Source of the DNA: the human T2T-CHM13v2.0 reference genome, Homo sapiens
DNA: 64,000 nt
Direction: 5' to 3' (one strand)
NCBI RefSeq assembly: GCF_009914755.1
Contig: NC_060926.1
Shown here: positions 41,901 through 55,274 of the stretch, piece after piece
How positions within the stretch are numbered: the stretch's first letter is position 1
How the letters are laid out: every line of letters starts with the position of its first letter
Program-made: the position numbers and the translations under genes
The notes under the pieces: generated by a model
Database searches by the model: none
Seen by the model: only the letters and a program-made list of their open reading frames with translations
Told to the model about the DNA's origin: nothing

Positions 41901-43879
41901 AATTGAACAGAATCATCAAATGGACTCGAATGGAATCCTCATTGAATGGAATCGAATGGAATCATTCAATGGAGTCGAATGGAATAATCAGCAAATGGAT
42001 TCGAATGGAATCATTGAATATCAACGAATGGAATCATCATCGAATGGAGTCGAATGGAATCATCAAACGAACTCGAATGCAATCATCATAGAATGGAATC
42101 GAATGGAATCTTTGAATGGACCTGAATGGAATCATCATCGAATGCAAACGAATGGAATCATCATCAAATGGAATCACATGGAATCATCAAATGGAAAAGA
42201 ATTGAATAATCATAGAAAGGAATTGAATAGAATCATCGAATGAAACCGAATGGAATCATCATCGAATGGAATCGAATGGAATCATCAACAAGTGGAAACG
42301 AATGAAATCATCGAATGGAATCAAATGGTGTCATCGAATGGACACGAAAGGAATCATCGAATGGAATCAAATGGAATCACCATCGAATGCAATCAAATGG
42401 AATCACCATCGAATGGAATGTTATGAAATCATCTCATGGACTCGAAGGGAATCATCATCGAATGGAATCGAATGGAATCATTGAATGAAATGGAAAGGAA
42501 TCACCATCGAATGGAATGTTATGGAATCTTCTAATGGACTCGAAGGGAATCATCATCGAATGGAATCGAATGGAATCACCAACGAATGGAATTCAAAGGA
42601 ATCATCATCGAATGGAACCAAATAGAATCATCAAATGGACTCGAAAGGAATCATCGAATGGACTCGAATGGAGTTGTCATCGAATGGAATCAAATGGAAT
42701 CATCGAACAGAATTGAATCGAATCCTCATTGAATGAAATCAAATGGAATCATGGAATGGACTCGAATGGAAGCAATATCAAATGGAATCGAAAGGAATCA
42801 TGGAATGCATTCAAAGGGAATAATCAAATGGACTCAAATGGAATCAACATCAAGTGGAATCGAAAGGAATCATCGAATTGACAGGAATGGAATCATCATC
42901 GAATGGAATCGAATGGGATCATCGAAAGGACTCGAATCAAATCTTCAAAAGGACTCAAAGGGAATCATTGTAGAATGGAAATGAATAGATTCATCAGACA
43001 GCCTCGAATGGAAACATCATTGAATGGAATTGATTGGAAACATCGAATTCACTCGAATGGAATCATCATCTGATGGAATGCAAGGGAATCATCGAATGGA
43101 CACAAATGGAATCATCATCAAATGGAATCCATTGGAACGATCGAATGGAATCGCATGGAATTATCAAATGGAATCGAATGGAATCAAATGGAATCATCGA
43201 ATGGAATCGAATGCAATCATCATTGAATGGAATCGAATGGAATCATCGAATGGTATCCAAAGGAATCAGCATTGAATGCCCTCGCATGGAATCATCATCA
43301 TATAGAGTAGAAAGGAATCATTGAATGGACTCGAATGGAACCATCATTGAATGGAAACACCAAATGGAATCAAATGGAATCATCATCAAATGAAATCAAA
43401 CGGAATCATCAAATGGAATCGAATGGAATCATCATTGAATGGACTCGAATAGAATCTTTCAATGAAATTGAATGGAATCAGCATGAAATGGAATCTAAAG
43501 GAATCATAGAATGGTATCGAATGGAATCATCATCGAATGGAATGGAATGGAACGGAATGGAATCAGCATCGAATGGAATCAAAAGCAATCATTCAATGGA
43601 CTCTAATAGAATCAGCGAATAGACTTGAATGTAATCATCATCGAATGGAGAAGAATGGAATCATCCAATGGACACGAATGGAATCATCCTCGAATGCAAT
43701 CGAATGGAATCATATAATGGACCCGAATGGAATCATCATTGAATGGAATAGAATGGAATCGTCATCGAATCGAATCGTATGGAATCATCTAATGAACCCG
43801 AATGGAATCATCGTCGAAATGAATAGAATGCAATCATCATCAAATGGAATCGAATGGAATCATCATCAAATAGAATCGA
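38918..43879 (+). repeat. Higher-order unit U7, 4962 bp, same rearranged architecture as U3
   Basis: Same junctions as U3 at ~42266, ~42570 and ~42900. Spacing 42733->43024 is 291 bp, equal to 17054->17345. Confidence 0.88.
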
Positions 43880-46800
43880 ATGGAATCATCAAATGGAATC
43901 GAATGGAGTCATTGTCTAATGCAATCGAATGAAATCATAGAATGGAATCCCATGGAATCAACATCGAATGGAATCGATTGGAATCATTATCAAATAGAAT
44001 TGAATGGAATCACTGAATGGAATCATCATCAAATGGACTCCAACGGAATCATCGAATTGACTCTAATGGAATCATCACTGAATGGAATAGAATGGAATAA
44101 TCAAATGGAAACGAATGGAATCATCATCGAATGGAATCGAATGGTATCATCAAATGCACTTGAATGGAATCATCAATGAATGGAATCGAATGGTATAATC
44201 GAATGGAATCAAATGGAATCATCTTCGAGTGGAACCTAAAGGAATCGCCAAATGGACTCCAATGGAATAATCATCGTATGGAATCGAGTGGAATCATCGA
44301 ATGTACTCGAATGGAATCATCGAATGTACTCGAATGGAATCATCGAATGGAATCGAATGGAATCATGGTCGAACGGAAAAGAATGGAATCATCAAGTGGA
44401 CACGAATGGAATCAACATCTAATGGAATGGAATGGAATCATCAAATGGAATGGAATGGAATCATCATCGAATGGAATAAAATGGAATCATCAAATGGAAT
44501 CAAATGGAATCATCAATGAATGGAATCGAATGGTATCATGGAATGGAATTGAATGGAATCGTCTTTGAGTGGAATCTAAAGGAATCACCGAATGGACTCC
44601 AATCATTAGATGGAATCGAGTGGAATCATCGAATGTAGTCGAATGCAATCATCATCGAATGGAATTGAATGGAATCAACGAATGGAATACAAAGGAATCA
44701 TAGAATGGACTCGAATGCAATCATCATTGAATGGAATGAAATGGAATCATCATGGAATGGAATTGAATGGAATCATCGAATGGACTCGAAAGGAATTATG
44801 CTCGAATGGAGTCTAATGGAATCATCAAATGGACTCAAATGGAATCATCATCGAATGAAATCGTATGGAATCATCGAATGCAACTGAATGGAATCATTGA
44901 ATGGACTTGAAAGGAATTATTACGGAATGGAATTGAATGGAATCATTGAATGGACTTGAAAGGAATCATCATCAAGTAGAATCGAATGGAATCGTTGAAT
45001 GGACTCGAATTGAATCTTTGAATGGAATGGAATGGAATCATCATTGAATGGAGTCAAATGGAATCATCATCAAATGGAATTGAATGGAATCTTCATTGAA
45101 TGGACTCGAATGGAATCATCATCAAATGGAATCTAATCGAATCATCAATGAAGGGAATCGAATGGAATCCTCATCGAATGGAATCGAACGGAATCATCAT
45201 CGAATGGAATCACCAAATTGAATCGAATGGAATGATCGTCAAAGACAATCGAAGGGAAACATCGAATGGGATTGAACGGAGTCATCGAATGGAATCGATA
45301 GGAATCATCGAATGGATTCAAATGGAATCATCATCGAATGGAAACGAACGGAATCATCGAATGGACACGAATGGAATCATCATCAAATAGGATTGAATGG
45401 AATCATCAAATGGCATCGAATGGAATCACCATTGAATGGAATCGAATGGAATCATCGAATGGCATCGAATGGAATCATCATCGAATAAAATCAAATGGAA
45501 TAATCGAATGTACTCGAATGGAATCATCAAATGGATTTGAGAGGAATCATCATCGAATGGAATTGAACAGAATCATCAAATGGACTCGAATGGAATCCTC
45601 ATTGAATGGAATCGAATGGAATCATTCAATGGAGTCGAATGGAATCATCAGCAAATGGAATCGAAAGGAATCATTGAATATCAACGAATGGAATCATCAT
45701 CGAATGGAGTCGAATGGAATCATCAAACGAACTCGAATGCAATCATCATAGAATGGAATCGAATGGAATCTTTGAATGGACCTGAATGGAATCATCATCG
45801 AATGCAAACGAATGGAATCATCATCAAATGGAATCACATGGAATCATCAAATGGAAAAGAATTGAATAATCATAGAAAGGAATTGAATAGAATCATCGAA
45901 TGAAACCGAATGGAATCATCATCGAATGGAATCGAATGGAATCATCACCGAATGCAATTGAATGGAATCATCATTGAATGGAATCGAATGGAATCATCAT
46001 CGATTGGAATCAAATGGAATCATCGAATGGAATCGAAAGGAATCATCATCAACTGTAATGAACTGGAATCACTGAATGGAATCGAATGGAATCGTCATCA
46101 AAAATAATCGAATAGAATAATCAAATGGAATCAAATGCAATCAACATCAAATGGAATCGAATGGAATCCTGGAATGACATCGAATGGAATCCTCATCGAA
46201 TGGAATCAAAGGGAATCAATATCGAATGGAATCGAAAGCAATCACTGAATGGACTTGAATACAATCATCAAATGGATTTGAAGGGAATCCTCATTGAATG
46301 GAATAGAACAAAAACATTGAATGGACACGAATGGAATCATCATCGAATGGAATCAAATGGAGTCATCAAATGGACTCGAATGGAATCATCATCAAATGGG
46401 ATCATCATCAAATGGAATCGAATGGAGTCATCGAATGGACACGAATGAATGAACAAATGGACTCGAATCGAAACATCACATAGAATCAAATGGAATCATC
46501 GAAAGGAATTGAATGGAATGATTGAATGGACTCGAATGGAATCATCTAATGGACACGAATGGAATAATCATAAAATGGTATCGAATGGAATCATCAAATG
46601 GACTCGAATGAATGGAATCATTGAATGGACTCGAATGGAATCATCGAATGGACTCAAATGGAATCATCATCAAATGGAATCGAATGGAATTGATAGGAAT
46701 CATCGAATGGATTCAAATGGAATCATCATCGAATGGAAACGAAAGGAATCATCGAATGGACACGAATGGAATCATCATCAAATAGGATTGAATGGAATCA

Positions 46801-49800
46801 TCAAATGGCATTGAATGGAATCACCATTGAATGGAATCGAATGGAATCATCGAATGGCATCGAATGGAATCATCATCGAATAAAATCAAATGGAATAATC
46901 GAATGTACTCGAATGGAATCATCAAATGGATTTGAGAGGAATCATCATCGAATGGAATTGAACAGAATCATCAAATGGACTCGAATGGAATCCTCATTGA
47001 ATGGAATCGAATGGAATCATTGAATGGAGCCGAATGGAATCATCAGCAAATGGAATCGAATGGAATCATTGAATATCAACGAATGGAATCATCATCGAAT
47101 GGAGTCGAATGGAATCATCCAATGAACTCGAATGCAATCATCATAGAATGGAATCGAATAGAATCTTTGAATGGACCTGAATGGAATCATCATCGAATGC
47201 AAACGAATGGAATCATCATCAAATGGAATCACATGGAATCATCAAATGGAAAAGAATTGAATAATCATAGAGAGGAATTGAATAGAGTCATCGAATGAAA
47301 CCGAATGGAATCATCATCGAATGGAATTGAATGGAATCATCATCGAATGCAATTGAATGGAATCATCATCGAATGGAATCGAATGGAAACACCAACGAAT
47401 GGAATTCAAAGGAATCATCATCGAATGGAACCAAATAGAATCGTCAAATGGACTCGAAAGGAATCATCGAATGGACTCGAATGGAGTTGTCATCGAATGG
47501 AATCAAATGGAATCATCGAACAGAATTGAATCAAATCATCATTGAATGAAATCAAATGGAATCATCGAATGGACTCGAATGGAAGCAATATCAAACGGAA
47601 TCGAAAGGAATCATGGAATGCATTCAAAGGGAATAATCAAATGGACTCTAATGGAATCAACATCAAGTGGAATCGAAAGGAATCATGGAATGGACCCGAA
47701 TGGAATCATCATCGAATGGAATCGAATGGAATCATCGAATGGACTTGAATGGAATCACTATCCAATGGAACCGAATGGAATCATCATGGAATGGAACCGG
47801 AAGGAGTCATCATCAAATGGAATCCAATGAAATCATTGAATGGACTCGAATGGAATCATCATCAACTGGAATTGAATGGAATCATCGAACGGACTCCAGT
47901 GGAATCATCAGAGAATGGAATCGAATGGAATTATCAAACGGACTCGAATGGAATAAACTTTGAATGGAATCGAAGGGAATCATCAAATGGAATCGAATGC
48001 AATCATCGAACGGAATCGAATGCCATCACCGAATGGAATCCAAAGGAATCACCATTGAATGGACTCGAATGGAATCATCATTGAATGGAATCGAATGGAG
48101 TCATCGAATGGACTCGAATGGAATCATCATCGATTGGAATCAAACGGAATCATCGAAGGGAATCGAAAGGAATCATCATCAACTGTAATGAACTGGAATC
48201 ACTGAATGGAATCGAATGGAATCGTCATCAAAAATAATCGAATAGAATAATCAAATGGAATCAAATGCAATCAACATCAAATGGAATCGAATGGAATCCT
48301 AGAATGACATCGAATGGAATCCTCATCGAATGGAATCAAAGGGAATCAATATCGAATGGAATCGAAAGCAATCACTGAATGGACTTGAATACAATCATCA
48401 AATGGATTTGAAGGGAATCCTCATTGAATGGAATAGAACAAAAACATTGAATGGACACGAATGGAATCATCATCGAATGGAATCAAATGGAGTCATCAAA
48501 TGGACTCGAATGGAATCATCATCAAATGGGATCATCATCAAATGGAATCGAATGGAGTCATCGAATGGACACGAATGAATGAACAAATGGACTCGAATCG
48601 AAACATCACATAGAATCGAATGGAATCATCGAAAGTAATTGAATGGAATTATTGAATGGACTCGAATGGAATCATCTAATGGACACGAATGGAATAATCA
48701 TAACATGGAATCGAATGGAATCATCAAATGGACTCGAATGAATGGAATCATTGAATGGACTCGAATGGAATCATCGAATGGACTCAAATGGAATCATCAT
48801 CAAATGGAATCGAATGGAATCATCGAATGGATTCGAATGGAATCATCAAATGGAATCAAACCGAATCGTCATCGAATGGAATCGAATGGAATCATCGAAT
48901 GGAATTGAAGGCAATCATCATCGAATGGAATCGAATGGAATCATCATCAAATGGAATCAAGCGGAAGGAATCATCAAATGGAATCAAATGGAATCATTGT
49001 TGAATGGAATGCAAAGGAATCATTGAATGGAATTGAATGGGATCACCAATGAACGGAATCAAATGGAATCATCTTCTAATGGAATGGAAAGGAATCATCA
49101 AATACACTCGAATGGAATCATCATCGAATGGAATCGTGTGGAATCGTCGAATGAACTGGAAATGAATCCTAATCAAATGCAATTAAAATGAATCATCATC
49201 GAAAGGAATCACATGGAATCATCATCGAATGGAATCATCCGGAAACATCACAGAATGGAATTGAATGGAATCATCAGTTGGACTCGAATGGAATCATCAA
49301 ATGTACTCGAAGGGACGCGTCAAATGGACTCGAACGGAATCATCATCGAATGGAATCGAATGGGATCATCGAAAGGACTCGAATCAAATCTTCAAAAGGA
49401 CTCAAAGGGAATCATTGTAGAATGGAAATGAATAGAGTCATCAGACAGCCTCGAATGGAAACATCATTGAATGGAATTGATTGGAAACATCGAATTCACT
49501 CGAATGGAATCATCATCTGATGGAATTCAATGGAATCATCGAATGGACACAAATGGAATCATCATCAAATGGAATCCATTGGAACGATCGAATGGAATCG
49601 CATGGAATTATCAAATGGAATCGAATGGAATCATCTTTGGATGGAATCAAATGGAATCATCGAATGGAATCGAATGCAATCATCATTGAATGGAATCGAA
49701 TGGAATCATCGAATGGTATCCAAAGGAATCACCATTGAATGCCTTCGCATGGAATCATCATCATATAGAGTAGAAAGGAATCATTGAATGGACTTGAATG

Positions 49801-50342
49801 GAACCATCATTGAATGGAATCACCAAATGGAATCAAATGGAATCATCATCAAATGAAATCAAACGGAATCATCAAATGCAATCGAATGGAATCATCATTG
49901 AATGGATTCGAATAGAATCTTTGAATGAAATTGAATGGAATCAGCATGAAATTGAATCTAAAGTAATCATGGAATGGTATCGAATGGAATCATCATCGAA
50001 TGGAATGGAATGGAATGGAACGGAATCAGCATCGAATGGAATCAAAACCTATCCTTCAATGGACTCTAATAGAATCAGCGAATAGACTTGAATGTAATCA
50101 TCATCGAATGGAGAAGAATGGAATCATCCAATGGACACGAATGGAATCATCTTCGAATGGAATCGAATGGAATCATATAATGGACCCGAATGGAATCATC
50201 ATTGAATGGAATAGAATGGAATCGTCATCGAATGGAATCGTATGGAATCATCTAATGAACCCGAATGGAATCATCGTCGAAATGAATAGAATGCAATCAT
50301 CATCAAATGGAATCGAATGGAATCATCATCAAATAGAATCGA
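43880..50342 (+). repeat. Higher-order unit U8, 6463 bp, internally scrambled type B
   Basis: Forward jumps at ~45160 and ~46000 and a backward jump at ~46690. Landmarks are duplicated at 45338/46733 and 46200/48330. Confidence 0.85.
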
Positions 50343-53300
50343 ATGGAATCATCAAATGGAATCGAATGGAGTCATTGTCTAATGCAATCGAATGAAATCA
50401 TAGAATGGAATCCCATGGAATCAACATCGAATGGAATCGATTGGAATCATTATCAAATAGAATTGAATGGAATCACTGAATGGAATCATCAAATGGACTC
50501 CAACGGAATCATCGAATTGACTCTAATGGAATCATCACTGAATGGAATAGAATGGAATAATCAAATGGAAACGAATGGAATCATCATCGAAAGGAATCGA
50601 ATGGTATCATCAAATGCACTTGAATGGAATCATCAATGAATGCAATCGAATGGTATAATCGAATGGAATCAAATGGAATCCTCTTCGAGTGGAACCTAAA
50701 GGAATCGCCAAATGGACTCCAATGGAATAATCATCGTATGGAATCGAGTGGAATCATCGAATGTACTCGAATGGAATCATCGAATGTACTCGAATGGAAT
50801 CATCGAATGGAATCGAATGGAATCATGGTCGAACGGAAAAGAATGGAATCATCAAGTGGACACGAATGGAATCAACATCTAATGGAATGGAATGGAATCA
50901 TCAAATGGAATGGAATGGAATCATCATCGAATGGAATAAAATGGAATAATCAAATGGAATCAAATGGAATCAGCAATGAATGGAATCGAATGGTATCATG
51001 GAATGGAATTGAATGGAATCGTCTTTGAGTGGAATCTAAAGGAATCACCGAATGGACTCCAATCATCAGATGGAATCGAGTGGAATCATCGAATGTAGTC
51101 GAATGCAATCATCATCGAATGGAATTGAATGGAATCAACGAATGGAATACAAAGGAATCATAGAATGGACTCGAATGGAATCATCATTGAATGGAATGAA
51201 ATGGAATCATCATGGAATGGAATTGAATGGAATCATGGAATGGACTCAAATGGAATCATCATCGAATGAAATTGTATGGAATCATCGAATGCAACTGAAT
51301 GGAATCATTGAATGGACTTGAAAGGAATTATTATGGAATGGAATTGAATGGAATCATTGAATGGACTTGAAAGGAATCATCATCAAGTGGAATCGAATGG
51401 AATCGTTGAATGGACTCGAATTGAATCTTTGAATGGAATCGAATGGAATCATCATTGAATGGAGTCAAATGGAATCATCATCAAATGGAATTGAATGGAA
51501 TCTTCATTGAATGGACTCGAATGGAATCATCATCAAATGGAATCTAATCGAATCATCAATGAAGGGAATCGCATGGAATCATCATCGAATGGAATCGAAT
51601 GGAATCATCAACAAGTGGAAACGAATGAAATCATCGAATGGAATCCAATGGTGTCATCGAATGGACACGAAAGGAATCATCGAATGGAATCAAATGGAAT
51701 CACCATCGAATGAAATCAAATGGAATCACCATCGAATGGAATGTTATGAAATCATCTCATGGACTCGAAGGGAATCATCATCGAATGGAATCGAATGGAA
51801 TCATTGAATGAAATGGAAAGGAATCACCATCGAATGGAATGTTATGGAATCTTCTAATGGACTCGAAGGGAATCATCATCGAATGGAATCGAATGGAATC
51901 ATTGAATGCAATTGAATGGAATCATCATCAAATGGAATCGAATGGAATCATCGAATGGAATCTGAATGGAATCATGAATGAATGGAATCAAATGGAATCA
52001 TCAAATGGACATGAATGGAATTATCACCGAAAGCAAAGAAATGTAATTCAATCGAATGGACATGAATGGAATCATCATTGAATGGAATCAAATGGAATCC
52101 TCATCGAATGGAATCGAATGGAATCATCAAATGTAATAGAATGGAGTCATCGTCGAATGTAATCGAATGTAATCATCGAATGGCATCGAATGGAATCATC
52201 GACTGGAAAAGAATGGAATCATCATCGAATGGAAATGAATAGAATCACAGAATGAAATCGAATGGAATCATCATCGAATGGAATCTAATGGAATAATCAT
52301 CGAATGGAATAGAATGGAATCATAAAGTGGACAAGAATGGAATCATCATTGAATGCAATCGAATAGAATCATCAAATGGACTTGAATGGAAACAACATCG
52401 AATGGAATCGAATTTAGTCATTGAATGGCATTGAGTGGAATCATCATTGAATGGAATCTAAGGAAATCATCGAATGGACTTGAGTGGAATCACCGAATGG
52501 ACTGGAGTGGAATCATCGAATGGACTCGAGGGGAATCATCATTGAATGGAATCTAGTGGAATCATTGAATGGACTCGAATGGAGTAATCGAATGGGCTTG
52601 AGTGGAATCATCATCAAATGGAATCAAATGGAATCATCAAATGGACTTGAATGGAAACAACATCGAATGGAATCGAATTTAGTCATTGAATTGCACTGAG
52701 TGGAATCATCATTGAATGGAATCTAAGGAAATCATCGAAGGGACTCGAGTGGAATCATCGAATGGACTCGAGGGGAATCATCATCGAATGGAATCGACTG
52801 TAATCATCGAATGGACTCGAATGGAATCATCATCGAATGGAATCTAATGGAATCATTGAATGGACTCGAATGGAATAATCGAATGGGCTTGAGTGGAATC
52901 ATCATCAAATGGAATCGAATGCAATCATCAAATGGACTCGAATGGAATCATCGTCAAATGGAATCGAATGGAATCATCATCAAAGGGAATCGAATGGAAT
53001 CCTCATCGAATGGAATCGAACGGAATCATCATCGAATGGAATCACCAAATTGAATCGAATGGAATGATCGTCAAAGACAATCGAAGGGAAACATCGAATG
53101 GGATTGAACGGAGTCATCGAATGGAATCGATAGGAATCATCGAATGGATTCAAATGGAATCATCATCGAATGGAAACGAACGGAATCATCGAATGGACAC
53201 GAATGGAATCATCATCAAATAGGATTGAATGGAATCATCAAATGGCATCGAATGGAATCACCATTGAATGGAATCGAATGGAATCATCGAATGGCATCGA

Positions 53301-55274
53301 ATGGAATCATCATCGAATAAAATCAAATGGAATAATCGAATGTACTCGAATGGAATCATCAAATGGATTTGAGAGGAATCATCATCGAATGGAATTGAAC
53401 AGAATCATCAAATGGACTCGAATGGAATCCTCATTGAATTGAATCGAATGGAATCATTGAATGGAGTCGAATGGAATCATCAGCAAATGGAATCGAATGG
53501 AATCATTGAATATCAACGAATGGAATCATCATCGAATGCAGTCGAATGGAATCATCAAACGAACTCGAATGCAATCATCATAGAATGGAATCGAATGGAA
53601 TCTTTGAATGGACCTGAATGGAATCATCATCGATTGCAAACGAATGGAATCATCATCAAATGGAATCACATGGAATCATCAAATGGAAAAGAATTGAATA
53701 ATCATAGAAAGGAATTGAACAGAATCATCGAATGAAACCGAATGGAATCATCATCGAATGGAATCGAATGGAATCATCATTGAATGCAATTGAATGGAAT
53801 CATTATCGAATGGAATCAAATGGAATCATCATAGAATGGAATCGAATGGAATCATCAACGAATGGAACCAAATAGAATCATCAAATGGACTCGAAAGGAA
53901 TCATCGAATGGACTCGAATGGAGTTGTCATCGAATGGAATCAAATGGAATCATCGAACGGAATTGAATCGAATCATCATTGAATGAAATCAAATGGAATC
54001 ATCGAATGGACTCGAATGGAAGCAATATCAAATGGAATCGAAAGGAATCATGGAATGCATTCAAAGGGAATAATCAAATGCACTCAAATGGAATCAACAT
54101 CAAGTGGAATCGAAAGGAATCATCGAATGGACCGGAATGGAATCATCATCGAATGGAATCGAATGGAATCATCGAATGGACATGAATGGAATCACTATCT
54201 AATGGAACCGAATGGAATCATCATGGAATGGAACCGGAAGGAGTCATCATCAAATGGAATCCAAGGAAATCATTGAATGGACTCGAATGGAATCATCATC
54301 AACTGGAATTGAATGGAATCATCGAACGGACTCCAGTGGAATCATCGGAGAATGGAATCAAATGGAATTATCAAACGGACTCGAATGGAATAAACTTTGA
54401 ATGCAATCGAAGGGAATCATCAAATGGAATCGAATGCAATCATCGAACGGAATCGAATGCCATCACCGAATGGAATCCAATGGAATCACCATTGAATGGA
54501 CTCGAATGGAATCATCATTGAATGGAATCGAATGGAATCATCGAATGGACTCGAATGGAATCATCATCGATTGGAATCAAATGGAATCATCGAATGGAAT
54601 CGAAAGGAATCATCATCTACTGTAATGAACTGGAATCACTGAATGGAATCGAATGGAATCGTCATCAAAAATAATCGAATGGAATAATCAAATGGAATCA
54701 AATGCAATCAACATCAAATGGAATCGAATGGAATCCTAGAATGACATCGAATGGAATCCTCATCGAATGGAATCAAAGGGAATCAATATCGAATGGAATC
54801 GAAAGCAATCACTGAATGGACTTGAATACAATCATCAAATGGATTTGAAGGGAATCCTCATTGAATGGAAGAGAACAAAAACATTGAATGGACACGAATG
54901 GAATCATCATCGAATGGAATCAAATGGAGTCATCAAATGGACTCGAATGGAATCATCATCAAATAGGATCATCAATAAAATGGAATCGAATGGAGTCATC
55001 GAATGGACACGAATGAATGAACAAATGGACTCGAATGGAAACATCAAATAGAATCGAATGGAATCATCGAAAGGAATTGAATGGAATGATTGAATGGACA
55101 CGAATGGAATCATCTAATGGACACGAATGGAATAATCATAAAATGGAATCGAATGGAATCATCAAATGGACTCGAATGAATGGAATCATTGAATGGACTC
55201 GAATGGAATCATCGAATGGACTCAAGTGGAATCATCATCAAATGGAATCGAATGGAATCATCGAATGGACTCGA
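50343..55274 (+). repeat. Higher-order unit U9, 4932 bp, mostly type A, 3'-truncated
   Basis: 196-bp deletion at ~52805 and loss of the last ~1462 bp relative to U1 at ~55275. 4932+196+1462+3 equals the U1 length of 6593. Confidence 0.87.
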
